DNA of 64,000 bases. It comes from Eledone cirrhosa. Its lineage: Eukaryota. This document shows positions 40,340-52,716 of this stretch, piece by piece. The DNA lies in NCBI GenBank assembly GCA_964016885.1, contig OZ024743.1, positions 221,650,001 to 221,714,000 on the forward strand, given 5' to 3'. Position numbers and translations under genes: made by a program. Positions within the stretch are counted from its first letter, which is position 1. Each line of letters opens with the position of its first letter. The notes under the pieces are model-generated. The model was not told the DNA's origin and did not search any database. It saw only the letters and a list, made by a program, of their open reading frames with translations.

Positions 40340-43280
40340 AAGATTGCAAAGGTAAAATAATAAGAGGATCACAAGAGACCCAAAACGAATTCAGTGATCG
40401 ATGAGAGCAGAACTGACTTTGCACTCATTTATCGCCGCCACAGGTGAGTCAAGAACGACCAGAGGGGTGACAAGAGCAGAATCGACTTGGCATTCAGTTA
40501 TTGCATTCACAAGAGAAGTAAAAACTTTCACAAGCTCGGCGAGAGGAAAATTAATTGTCGACCAGAAAATGATGTTTAATAACTTGGAAAGATCTTGACC
40601 AAAGAGTATTTAATTGGAGAAGAAAAATTACATGATCATTCGAAATTAGTAATTAGGAGCATCCCCAAGATATGCGGTTTTCTGCAGCGCAAAAGAATTG
40701 ATGCAAAAATTCTCGGATTCTATAGCAATAGTAGCAACGTTCACATTCCCCTTTAGAAGACCCACCAGAAACATTATCTTATTATATGGAAATTATAATG
40801 ATTTATGTCAACTTTTGAGCTATATAATAAATTGTAATTTATATTTCCAGATGACCTTTTTTCGTGCTCAATATGTGACCCTTCCTGGATGTTTGCCAAC
40901 AGTCCGCATTCAAGGACAGGTTTATTATCGAATTTATTCTCTTCTTCCCTAGCCTTCTGAATTTAATAAGCTTCTTCCAATATAGTTCATGGGAAATAAA
41001 GAGGACGAAAGACATGCTTACATTCTTGGAGTTAATCAAGATTTGGTTTTGAATTTGTAGAATATGTTTCATTTTGAAATCATTTATGTTCAACAATTCA
41101 AGACAACTTCGGAACTTTTATTGGATTCAAATTTCACGATTTTCATCAAAGCATACAGAATAACTTCAAGAGGCCATATGCAAAAATACTGGGAGAGTCG
41201 TGCGGGCAGAATCCTCAAACACTCTTTCCAGTGGTCCTGTCAGAAGCAACCGTCTCCAACTGATCCGGATGGATCCCCAAGTCAGACCAACCACGTTCAT
41301 GGATGTTATCTAACCATCTTGCTCGGGGTCTACCACTGGGTCTCCTGCCTGTAAAATCTGTCCAGCGATTCTTTCCTTCCACTCCTAAAGTAGATATTGT
41401 CAACATTTCGAGAACAAGGATTTGTATTTTTTTTTTCAAGCAAAACAATACAATTACAACGTATTATGGAAATACATCGTGTGCATGATTCCCTTCAATG
41501 TCCATTGTGTTTTTGCCGGGGCGCACACGGCTATTATTACTTATTTTATTGAAATAATCTAATTACCGGTGTTTCTTCAAAAGAAAGTATCCTGCGACAG
41601 ATTTTCCGCATACAGAGTAATGTTACGAGAAACTGAATCACATCATTTACTTCTTGCAGAAATTTGTTGTCAATTTGCAGTTGACATGAATGCAACAATT
41701 GAAACAGAGCGTCTTAATGTTATTCGTTTCAATCAGAATAAACTGTGAATAGAAGAAGACAACATAAGTTTGAAGGATGTCATAGAGAGAGATGTCCATA
41801 CTAATGATGTCGGTCAATTTGGTTATGTTGTCCTCATACTTCGTTAATGGACTACGATACATGCATAAGAAGACATGGGGAGCAATTACATATATCAGCG
41901 TGTATAGGCATCTCATCCTTTATATCGTGTAATCTAAAATGGAGACACATACAATGAGACGTGCAATAAGAACTTTTCTAAAGACATTGGTTCAACCTCG
42001 CCACGATATTAGTGCCAGAGTGTTTCATTTGAAAGTTCGAAAGGTTAGTGCTGCAATATACAAAGGAGAAATATTTGATGTCATCAGATGTTACATGTAC
42101 TCTAACAAATGGCAGAAGAGTGTACCTCCATATTGTAACCTCTTGGTTTCGATTAAAGAGAAGATGAGATCCAATCATCAGTGTAAAGTTCCCAAATCCT
42201 ATAGAAGATGCGTAACATTGAAATTATCAAAAGTCAAAAGATTCGTGGGCCATGTGGAAATATCAATAAGGATTCTCTATATTTCAAGAATGGAAAATGC
42301 TCTAAAACATATCCAAAGCAACTTTTCCAAGAAACTTGAACCAGGGATGATTTGTATCCAACTTGGAAACGTCGAAGCTCTATTAATAGCAGATTTTCTA
42401 CTAAACTATGGACCGCTGTTTAAAAGTTACAATTGACAGCCTATGGTTTGTAATAGTAACATACTGCCCACTACTGAGCAAAATGTTAAATGGTCGTGCC
42501 AATGTAGAACTATGCAACTCAGTTAATTTTGTTTTAATATATGTACATCAAGAAAAAGAAGCGACTAAGCAGTAATTGGAGATGAAAAGAACGAAAATGA
42601 CGAAATCACTTCCTACCAGACTAGATGCGATCTCAGCAGCAACGAAACATTTTAGAGAATGTTTTAACTTTCCGATACACGAAAGATATCCAGCCGTGAT
42701 ACATCTTATTATACATCTTGAAAATGATCAAAGGATATATTGGGAATAATGCCAAGATCCAAGAACAAGACTAAATTTATTTTTAATCTAAATTATACAG
42801 ACGAATTTTCTCGGACTTTGTTATATTCCCAAATATCACATTTCTATACATGAAATACATCAATTAATAAGAAGGAAAGAGTTCAAGGAAGAACAGTCAG
42901 AGGTAATCCTGGCATTAAAAGAAGTGGTGCTATTGAGCGTGTATACACAGTTCATCAAATATCTTTAAATGTTTTTCTTCGGCGCCTACTTTACGTAATT
43001 TAAGGTTCAACTTTTTTTACGGTAATACGAACAGTGAGTGGAAGGTTTGTTGGTATATATCAGGAATACTACTATCTTCTTGTATTTTTAATGAGTTAAA
43101 TCGGAATTATACTATTCGTGATGCAGGAGCAAACACTCACGGATCAACATGTAAAGATTGTTTCTGATAATGCTTACAATTTGAGCAACTGGGTGGACTT
43201 TCATGTATAATAATCACACGAGAGTCTCACTATGAATATTTTTAAAGCTGTGATCATGTAACTGCTAGCTGGGTAGGCTA
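40340..43280 (+). pseudogene. Highly decayed Helitron RepHel (Rep/HUH region)
   Basis: FQMTFF..PTVRIQGQVYYRIYSLLP, ETERLNVIRFNQNKL, RHDISARVF..KWQKSVPP (degenerate EWQKRGLPH), NVELCNSV. Confidence 0.8.
41190..41362 (-). mobile_element. RTE-like 3' fragment (older relative at ~1925-2110)
   Basis: GRRPSGRPRARWLDNI..VASDR. Confidence 0.7.
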
Positions 43281-43477
43281 CAGCTTTAAAATATTCATAG
43301 TATGATTCTCATATGTTTATTATACATAAACATATTGTATATGCTTTCATATACATCACTATTTTATATGAATATATACATACACATTATTCAAAACACA
43401 CATGACTATAGGTTGCATGAATGAATCAACAGGGAAAGTGAGAGACAGAGAGAAACATATATATATGTGTGTATATG

Positions 43478-43513
<36 letters not shown>

Positions 43514-43539
43514 TGTATATCTATATATACATATATATA

Positions 43540-43620
<81 letters not shown>

Positions 43621-44060
43621 CTAGAGAGGGGGGAGAGAGCATGGAAAAAGAGATATTATGGAAGATATTATCTGTGAGAAACGTTGCTGTGGGTGTTTTT
43701 AGTGAATCATGATGCACATCATTGTTTGATATAGTTTAAAACAATAGAAAGCTCACTGAATCACAAAACGCTTTAAGAAAAATCATTTTCTAAAACAAAC
43801 AGTGTGTTTTCATATTACAAAACACTATGCAGCATTATTATAGATAAAAACGTTATCGTGTTTGTCAATTTTCATGGTTTATTCGATAAAAATTTTCAAT
43901 TTTTCTATGCTGGTCTTCCACTATCTTGCATGGTTTTCCATTCATACGAACACAACCAAAGAAGCAGATTCTAAACACATAATAGACATTTTATATAACT
44001 ACATTTCTCCACCTCTTTCTCTCTCACTCTCTTTCTTTCTCACTATATTTCATTCTCGCT

Positions 44061-44113
<53 letters not shown>

Positions 44114-44321
44114 CGCATATATGGAGAAGAGCCTTACTTTTAGACAAGTGTTGTTGTATACATGACTATGTTCGGTGTGTAAGTGTGTGTATATATGTGG
44201 GGGGGGGGGTTAATGTGTGTGTAAGTATCTGAATATAACATGCTTCAAAGAAATATGCTGCCGACACACACACATGTGTGTATGTGTATGCGTGTGTGTT
44301 TGTGTGTGCGGGGGGTGTAAG

Positions 44322-44550
44322 AAAGTAAGGTGTTTTTTTAATGTCCCACAAGGGTAAAGATATAAGGAAAACAATTTGAAAATGCAACTGGAGTCTTTTA
44401 AGAATATTTATTTACTTTACCGGTTTCACAGTTCTTATGTTTATCAAGTGTAACATTGAGATGGAGGGTTTGTGTTTCTGCTGTAGTGTGCCTCGCACCA
44501 CGACAGAAACACAAACCCACCCTCACAATTTTACTCTTGATAAACATAAG

Positions 44551-44554
<4 letters not shown>
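44322..44554. mobile_element. Small asymmetric fold-back (sister fragment 60460-60595)
   Basis: Arms ~44430-44480 and ~44503-44554; shared GAAAATGCAACTGGAGTCTTTT segment. Confidence 0.65.
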
Positions 44555-44584
<30 letters not shown>

Positions 44585-44692
44585 ACGAACGAATGCGGAC
44601 GTTTCTTGTATTCGTCTTATTCGGGAAACCTTTGGTAATGAAGTAATTATATTGTATTGTTTATTATACATTAAATACAGTATATATATATA

Positions 44693-44728
<36 letters not shown>

Positions 44729-44749
44729 AACTAAGTTTCTTCAATAATT

Positions 44750-44828
<79 letters not shown>

Positions 44829-45262
44829 CAAGTTTAAACGATATAAAAAAGAATATATATCGATCTTATCAATCAAACCACTAAACTACTAGAATTTTAT
44901 TCATATATACAAAACAATTAATTTGTAAGTAGATATACTTACAAATTAATTGCACAATATCCTGTACCGTTTCCTTCGTAACTCTTTTATTCCTATTTGT
45001 TTACTTACTCGCTTAGCTGTCTTAGCAGAAAGACATTTCATTGTTTTCCACTCTCTTTATATTCTTGCGTTATGTCATATGCATCTTACTGGATGGTTGT
45101 TCTAAGCCGTCGTGCAGCATGAACTCACTACCCTACAGTACTACCCTTACACACGAAACTCCTTGCCCAGGCGATGACTGACGAAGACGAAAAATGCTTT
45201 TATTCGTTCCTCCCACGCGTTTTGGTCTTATTTCTTTTCGTGCGTAGCTATAATTATATAAA

Positions 45263-45310
<48 letters not shown>

Positions 45311-45324
45311 TTTTAATATAGATG

Positions 45325-45375
45325 AGATTCTACAGGACTAGAACTGTTTCATTCTTTAGAAATCATCAGGAATCT
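45325..45375 (-). ncRNA. Type I hammerhead (sister 29266-29315, minus)
   Basis: Minus strand AGATTC-CTGATGA-TTTCTAAAGAAT-GAAACAG..CTGTA-GAATCT; GUA site. Confidence 0.8.
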
Positions 45376-45590
45376 GGCTTTCCCAAAATAAACGTTGTGG
45401 TATTTATATCTTTTCGGGTGGTAGGAGAGGGTGGGGAGTGGGATGGGTGGAGGTCATTAGTTGAAAGAAAAGGGAATTCATTAAAAGCTAATTCTTTAAG
45501 GCTATAATTTATATTTAGAGTGACAAAGGCAGAAATAATTCTATAAACAAGTTCAGAATAGGGTGCCACTCCTTATTTTTAAGTTTCTCT

Positions 45591-45969
45591 TAAGCTAATA
45601 ATTGTTTCTACTTTAGGCACAAGGCCAGCAATTAACCAGTGCATTACTGGTACTTTATTTTATCGACCCCGTAAGGATGAAAGGCAAAGTCAACCTCGGC
45701 GGGATTTGAACTCAGATCGTAAAGGGACGTAACTATGCTGGAGAGCATGGCGTCCGACCCTCTACCGATACTGCCAATCCACCGTAAGCTAATAATTGTT
45801 TCTACTTTAGGCACAAGGCCAGCAATTACCCAGTGCATTACTGGTACTTTATTTTATCGACCCCGTAAGGATGAAAGGCAAAGTCAACCTCGGCGGGATT
45901 TGAACTCAGATCGTAAAGGGACGTAACTATGCTGGAAAGCATGGCGTCCGACCCTCTACCGATACTGCC
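45591..45969 (-). mobile_element. Head-to-tail SINE dimer (194-bp period) nested in a PLE 3' fragment
   Basis: TAAGCTAATAATTGTTTC at 45591 and 45785; near-identical units. Confidence 0.9.
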
Positions 45970-46194
45970 TATATTTCAGGTGTCTATAAGATGGTTGGGG
46001 AGTCGGTCATGGTTGATAGGATTAAAGAAAATGGAAATTCTTTAAAAGCTAATTCTTTAAATCTCTACTTAGAGTGACAAAAGCCAAGAGAATTCTATAA
46101 ACCAGTTCAAAATATTGGGTGCCTATCATATCATTATTGTCATATTTCTCTTAAGCTATATTCCAGGTGTCAACAGACACATTAACATACACAA

Positions 46195-46257
<63 letters not shown>

Positions 46258-46417
46258 TATATATATACACACACATATACATATATATATATACATATAC
46301 ACACATATACACACACATATACACACACATACATACATATAAATATATACACACATATACATACATATATACATATACATATATACACACACACATATAA
46401 ATATATATATATATATG

Positions 46418-47145
46418 TTGTTTACTTGTCTCACTCGCTTTACGCGATTTACTTGTCCCAATAGCTTTTTTTAGTTATTGCTCGCACCAACCTGAGGTAT
46501 ATGATTTTTAATGCGATGAAATATCAATGCTGGTTGGCAAATCACTGACGAAGGACTAATTTTATCATATGTAACCCATGTGCAAGCACGCAGTATTCTT
46601 CTTTCTTCTCATGTTTTTTTATATATATTTACCTCGGCTGCGTTTGTCTGTTTCTCTCTTACTGCTTCCCCGTTCTCTCTGTTGCTCTCACCTTCTTTCG
46701 CCCCCTCTGTCGGTTACACTTTCTCTCGACTGACCTCTTCCTCGCACTTCCACTCACTCACTCTCTGTTTCTCCCCTTCTCACTTCCTCCCGTTTGGCTA
46801 GTAGTGGGTTCTCTTCTTGCTCACATCTCACTCACGATGGACGGTCTGTATCTTGATCGCTCATGAAATCCACCCAGCTTATGCTGACCGGATAACCATG
46901 TTGCTTGTTTATTCCCATCTTTGCGTTGCTTTCATCCTTCTATGTTGTTTACTTGTCTCACTCGCTTTACGCGATTTACTTGTCCCAATAGCTTTTTTTA
47001 GTTATTGCTCGCACCAACCTGAGGTATATGATTTTTAATGCGATAAAATACCAATGACGGTTGGCAAATCACTGACGAAGGACTAATTTTATCATATGTA
47101 ACCCATGTGCAACCACGCAGTATTCTTCTTTCTTCTCATGTTTTA
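46418..47145. mobile_element. Non-coding element with ~200-bp direct repeats, period 527 nt, in (TA)n
   Basis: ACTTGTCTCACTCGC at 46424 and 46951; near-identical repeats 46418-46625 and 46945-47145. Confidence 0.75.
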
Positions 47146-47296
47146 TATATATATATTTAAAGGTTAAACAAGGTTCAATGAATAAATCAAAGAATGAGTT
47201 TTACAATAGATTGGAAGCACTCAACAGATTTGGCTTTCCGGAGTTATTAATATTAATTCAGAATATTAACAAAATAGATGTTCTTGTGATCAAGTA

Positions 47297-47363
47297 TATT
47301 TTATTATAGATATTTCAGAGGTACTGAGTTAACTTCAACAGTACGTCCTCATCAGATAAAATA
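47297..47363 (-). ncRNA. Type I hammerhead in a solo pLTR (47155-47405) related to the autonomous PLE
   Basis: TATTTTAT/ATAAAATA stem I, CTGATGA, GTACTG/CAGTAC stem II, GAAA-TATCTA-TA. Confidence 0.8.
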
Positions 47364-47538
47364 AGATGATGCATGAATACCCTGACATAGTAGATGGTTA
47401 AGATTCAGTCATGGTAGTGATATATATATATATCTACATACATATAAATATACACATATATATAAACATATACAAACACATCTGCAGAAGTACACATATA
47501 TACACATATACAAAATACATAAACACATACACAAAAAA

Positions 47539-47695
<157 letters not shown>

Positions 47696-47789
47696 CACAC
47701 ACACACACATACATATATACATATATATACACACATACATACACATACATATATATACACATATATATATATACACACACACACACACG

Positions 47790-47836
<47 letters not shown>

Positions 47837-47963
47837 CTTAGGAGTTACCAGTTTAGAATAGTAAGATTATGTTCATCTAAGTACTCAATACTTGGGAAAG
47901 TAGAGTGTATATATTGTAAATAGTTACTACCCGGCGACTGAGCTCACGCCGTTTCGACGGTGA

Positions 47964-47999
<36 letters not shown>

Positions 48000-48168
48000 T
48001 ATGTATATCTGTAGAAAAGGTAAAAGAAAGAAGAGTGCTCTATGTATAGTACAGAGCTATTTAATTATATAATAAACAACACAATGTAATTATTCGATTA
48101 CCTAAGGTTTCATGAAATTAGACGATTCTAACAGAAACGTCCAGTTCGCTCACACACACACACAAACA

Positions 48169-48242
<74 letters not shown>

Positions 48243-49584
48243 CGATATTAAACAAATGGAAACTATATTTATAAAATCATATTTATTTCGTTATATATAT
48301 TTCTGGGATATCATATTAAAAATATGTTATGCCTTCCTCAGACAAAATACAATACATAAGCTGTTTTATAAATAATTAGTGACATACATTGTAATAATGC
48401 AACTTCCTTTTAAAAGGTTGATTGATTTGGTAGTGAAACTGTTATGATAGTTATATAGAGAGAAAACGAAGATGAGAAGAAGAAGATGAAGAGATGTATG
48501 TAAATAAAAAAGAAGAAGATGAAGAGATGTATGTAAAGAGAAAAGAGATGTATGTAAAGAAAAACAACGGAGCGAGATAGAGAGACAAGGATAGAGAGAA
48601 ATACATTGATGGTGAAAAAAACATAGTAGGCTGCTTTTTGACAGATGATCATCGTATATGTGAGAGGTTAAGGGAAGGGATACAGTTAGATTAGTGTATA
48701 GGAGAAAAAGAAAGAAAGATGATATATTTAAAATATATTAAAAATATATTATGTCTCATCCATTTGAATTATCAATTTTTATGAATTATGCATTATAATG
48801 TAAATATCAGTATTCATGAATGTGACACATATCTATAATGTGTAAAAAAATGACCACATGCTCAGTTTAAAAATTCTTAGGTCTATAAGCAAAATCTGAG
48901 ACAAAACTTCAAACATAAGTATATATGCATTCTCGTGAAAAATGAGAAAAGAGAAGGTTATCTCAAATTCAAGTTGATAAATATAGACGCACATGTGAAC
49001 CTAGGTGATACGCTGCACTGATTCTTATATTTCATGAAAAACTTCAATGTGTCAGAAAAGAAAAACTTCAATGCGTTAGAAAAGATTCCACCCTACATAC
49101 ATTTACATACATATATACATATATATAGACACAAAACATATAAGATATACATTAACATCTAAAATAATCATCGATCAAGCATAGAGTAGACAACAGATAT
49201 CAATATTAAAATTAAAAACGCCAAGAATATCTTCGTCACTCCACAGAGTATCTAGGGACGCAAGAGAACATAGTATGCCACGCATATCGGTCATAGAATC
49301 AGAGTCAAAAGCAAACAAGACCAAAATTGCTCACCAAGCCTTATTTATCAGAAATCATTCAAAACTTATTCTACAAATGCTCTTATATTTATTATAGAAG
49401 TTTATCCAGCTTAAAAATTTATTCAAAAGATTAGGAACAACGCCAATTTTAGGGTAGTTTATTTAATCTCATTAATTATATATTCATGCGGAAAGGTTTT
49501 AAAAAAAAATTGAAGGAATCGAAAGATTTATCGCCAAGTATCACAAATAGTCAAATACCTTAAGTAAATATACTACATTTTATA

Positions 49585-51759
49585 CTACATTTTAAATTTA
49601 TATTTATATTTAAATGTTGAGTTCAATCTATGTCTGCAACAGCTGAATAAATTGGTTCGTAAATTAAGGGAATTTTTAGATTTTAATATAAAGAATATCT
49701 CCTCCGCGCAGAGGTCACAAGTCTCAGAAGAGGAATTAAAAGGAATCCCTTTTGAGACTATATTCCAAACCATCGAATATCCAACTTTATCATGCTTAAG
49801 TTGCCAGAGTAACCCTGACAGCGATGTTGATGATTTTTTATTTGGATCCGTGAAAGAATTTTTGTGATTATTATAGCGAAGTTTAAATTCTGTCGAGGTG
49901 GAACCAACATAATTAAAAGAATTTAAATCAGTTCTAACATTACAGTTGTATATTATATTTTTAACTAAGCAATTGTTATTTAGCGGACATTTAGATCTAT
50001 CTCTACAGTTACAGTTTTTTAGTTGAATATTGTTTAGGCTATTTTCGGTATTTTGGCTAGGTTTTAGATTCCTATTATTTATTCTATTAATATTTTGTGC
50101 TAAATTTTTGGTGGACGAGTACGTTAATTTTATAGTATGTCTATTAAAAATTGAGTGATACTTATGTGTTCTAGGGAAGCGTTTGTCAAGAGCATTAAAA
50201 AATAGTTTAGCGATGTGGGTTTTAATGTTTAGTGAGAAGGGGGGGGGGGCAAACCATATTATATTTCTAGTTCTATTTCTTTTCTGGTTTTTGAAATTAT
50301 TGTAGTGCTTTCTATTATAGTTGTTAAAGTTGTTACTGTAATTAAAATTGTTGTTATTTTGGTTAGTTTGTCTATTATCGATGTACATAATTTTATCACT
50401 ATATCCAGCTCTAGCTAAAGCATCATTATAATATTGGGCTTTCTCGTCAAAAATATTTTTATTGGAAGAGATTCTAGAGATACGTTTTTGAACAGAGTTT
50501 ACTATAGTATTTTTGACAGATCTGGGGTGATTGGAGCTAAAATTGACATAATTCAAGTTTTCATTTAACTTGTGAAATGGATAGTGAAGACATGTGTTGA
50601 GATTAAATGTTACGTCTAGGAAATTGACTATTCTATGGTTATTCTCAATTTCTATTTTTAGATTAAGGTAATTAAAAAATTGTATAATTTGTTTTCTTTT
50701 CTTATTTAGTTCAGAGTTATTATTTTCAATAAGTAAAAGCATGTCATCTCTATATAAACCTCCGGTAACACCGGGTATTTTCCTATGCAGCGAATTAATC
50801 ATAAATAGGCCCACAAGGTCCGTTACCTGAGCTGAGTCTGATGATCCCATAGTAATGTCAAAATTATTATCTCTATCTGCCCTAGTCCATAGTTGGTTAT
50901 TAAATTCTATCAAAGTTTTCCTTGCCGATAATATAATGTGCATTTCATTGCTAGTTAGGTCTGTATGCTTGAATGCGTAATTTAGTGCCTTATTAAGTAG
51001 ATTAGGGGTAATGGATGAATAGTAGTTAGCAATATCTAGTTGAATAAATTTATTATTATTGTTATATTTAATTTCATTAAACCACTCAATGACCTCCCCA
51101 GTACCCTTCCACAAGGTCAAGCCAGGTAAACAATTCAAGTCCTTAATTTGCTGTATCACTCTGTCTAGAATGTTCTTGCTAAGTTTACCCAGGTCAGATT
51201 TTGATGGTGCAATCAACCTGACTGGCAAGTCATTTTCAAAATTTCTCTTGTGATCTTTCATATTGATCTTGGGTTTCCTAGGCACGAAAGGTTGTGTTTT
51301 GTTCTCAATTTCCAACTCATGCATTATACATGATGCCTCAACATTCATTTTCTCAAGTTCAGCCTTATCTGCTACCTTGTACTTTTTCCTTAGTTCTTTC
51401 AGTATGAGGCCATTATACATGTCTTTTTCCACTCCATAGAGGTTGTTGGTTTTGTCCGATTTCACCAAGATCTTTTCTGTTCTCTCTAAGCTCGCAATGT
51501 TATCCTTAATGCTTTTCAGATATTCCTGGCCATTGAAGCTTCTCTTGAATCTGACTCCTTGTATGATAGAAATTATATCGTTTTCAAAATCATTCAAAAG
51601 TTTGTTGGGGGGTGGATTTTTTTTAGATTTGAAGACTCTGTCTAGGTCTGAGGCATTTTCGTTTACGTTAGATTTAGATTTATCAAAGTGGAATGCACGC
51701 CACCTGATTCTCCTTATAAACTTTTTAAAAGGAAGTTGCATTATTACAAGGTATGTCAC
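49585..51759 (-). CDS. PLE polyprotein: reverse transcriptase + Cys-rich linker + C-terminal GIY-YIG endonuclease (N-terminus truncated; first ~12 codons come from the inverted pLTR)
   Basis: 724-aa open frame with KFIRRIRWRAF, QLDIANYYSSI, ITMGSSDSAQV, GLYRDD, VNFLDVTF, linker CNCRDRSKCPLNNNC, NIIY..NYVGST..RYNNH and CDLCAEE..CCRH. Clade (Nematis/Neptune-type) is not certain. Confidence 0.93.
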   Translation of the reverse strand: MTYLVIMQLPFKKFIRRIRWRAFHFDKSKSNVNENASDLDRVFKSKKNPPPNKLLNDFENDIISIIQGVRFKRSFNGQEYLKSIKDNIASLERTEKILVKSDKTNNLYGVEKDMYNGLILKELRKKYKVADKAELEKMNVEASCIMHELEIENKTQPFVPRKPKINMKDHKRNFENDLPVRLIAPSKSDLGKLSKNILDRVIQQIKDLNCLPGLTLWKGTGEVIEWFNEIKYNNNNKFIQLDIANYYSSITPNLLNKALNYAFKHTDLTSNEMHIILSARKTLIEFNNQLWTRADRDNNFDITMGSSDSAQVTDLVGLFMINSLHRKIPGVTGGLYRDDMLLLIENNNSELNKKRKQIIQFFNYLNLKIEIENNHRIVNFLDVTFNLNTCLHYPFHKLNENLNYVNFSSNHPRSVKNTIVNSVQKRISRISSNKNIFDEKAQYYNDALARAGYSDKIMYIDNRQTNQNNNNFNYSNNFNNYNRKHYNNFKNQKRNRTRNIIWFAPPPFSLNIKTHIAKLFFNALDKRFPRTHKYHSIFNRHTIKLTYSSTKNLAQNINRINNRNLKPSQNTENSLNNIQLKNCNCRDRSKCPLNNNCLVKNIIYNCNVRTDLNSFNYVGSTSTEFKLRYNNHKNSFTDPNKKSSTSLSGLLWQLKHDKVGYSMVWNIVSKGIPFNSSSETCDLCAEEIFFILKSKNSLNLRTNLFSCCRHRLNSTFKYKYKFKM

Positions 51760-51788
51760 TAATTATTTATAAAACAGCTTATGTATTG

Positions 51789-51854
51789 TATTTTGTCTGA
51801 GGAAGGCATAACATATTTTTAATATGATATCCCAGAAATATATATAACGAAATA
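51789..51854 (+). ncRNA. Type I hammerhead in the pLTR of the autonomous PLE (mirror 48284-48349, minus)
   Basis: TATTTTGT/ACGAAATA stem I, CTGAGGA, stem II, GAAA-TATATA-TA. Confidence 0.82.
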
Positions 51855-51982
51855 AATATGGTTTTATAAATATAGTTTCCATTTGTTTAATATCGTAAAC
51901 CTACTCCAGAAACTGTTGAGTGCTTTTATATCAGTTATAAAATATTTACTCGTTGTAACCCAACAATCTTAAATAAAACTTT

Positions 51983-52032
<50 letters not shown>

Positions 52033-52315
52033 ATCTGAGTTTTTCGAATATTAATAATAACATTCGATTCGTTTGCAATTATGCAAACAAGCCTCAGTTT
52101 TATAGCCATGTCAGTCGAATGAACCCTTCATTCTTGCTCTTGTGTTGGCATAACGAATCGAATTGATAAAATAAAGTACCAGTAATATACTGGATAATTG
52201 CTGGCTCTGTGCCAAAAGTAGAAACAATTATTAATATTTGAAAAACTCAGATTACATTTATTGTATTCAGCCATGTAGAGCGAAAATTTTCTTTTTTATA
52301 TATATATATATATAT

Positions 52316-52716
52316 AAAATACACTATGTTGAAAAGGTAACACACTAAAGAGATATACAGTGCGCTATCAATAAAACAGGGAAAAACCACCAGTGTATGG
52401 AATCTATAACCTATGAAAGGAAGAGTATAATTAAAAATATAAATTGGATTTGTACGTGTGTTATATAGTTATAGAGGTATTTATTTACGCTTTAATTTAT
52501 ATTTTTAATTATCGTGTCTATACTCTGCCTTTCATAGGTTATAGATTCCATACACTGGTGTTTTTTCCCTGTTTTATTGATAGCGCACTGTATCTCTCTC
52601 TAGCGTGTTACCTTTTCAACATATTGTATTTTAAAGAGCTCAGGATTTCCTCTCCTTTGAGCACATTATTTACAGGGAATGGCGAGAGTCTATGGCTCCG
52701 TTAATGTATCGTGGTA
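52316..52716. mobile_element. Asymmetric fold-back element in (TA)n, no hammerhead seen
   Basis: Arms ~52316-52445 and ~52493-52633; tail 52634-52716. Confidence 0.75.

Larger units (their letters stand above)
48241..51985 (-). mobile_element. Penelope-like retroelement, near full length, with inverted pLTRs, inserted in (TA)n
   Basis: Long RT+GIY-YIG ORF; 175-bp inverted repeats 48241-48415 and 51723-51897, each with a hammerhead motif; an 88-nt unpaired tail (51898-51985) on the right arm only; (TA)n on both sides. Confidence 0.95.
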
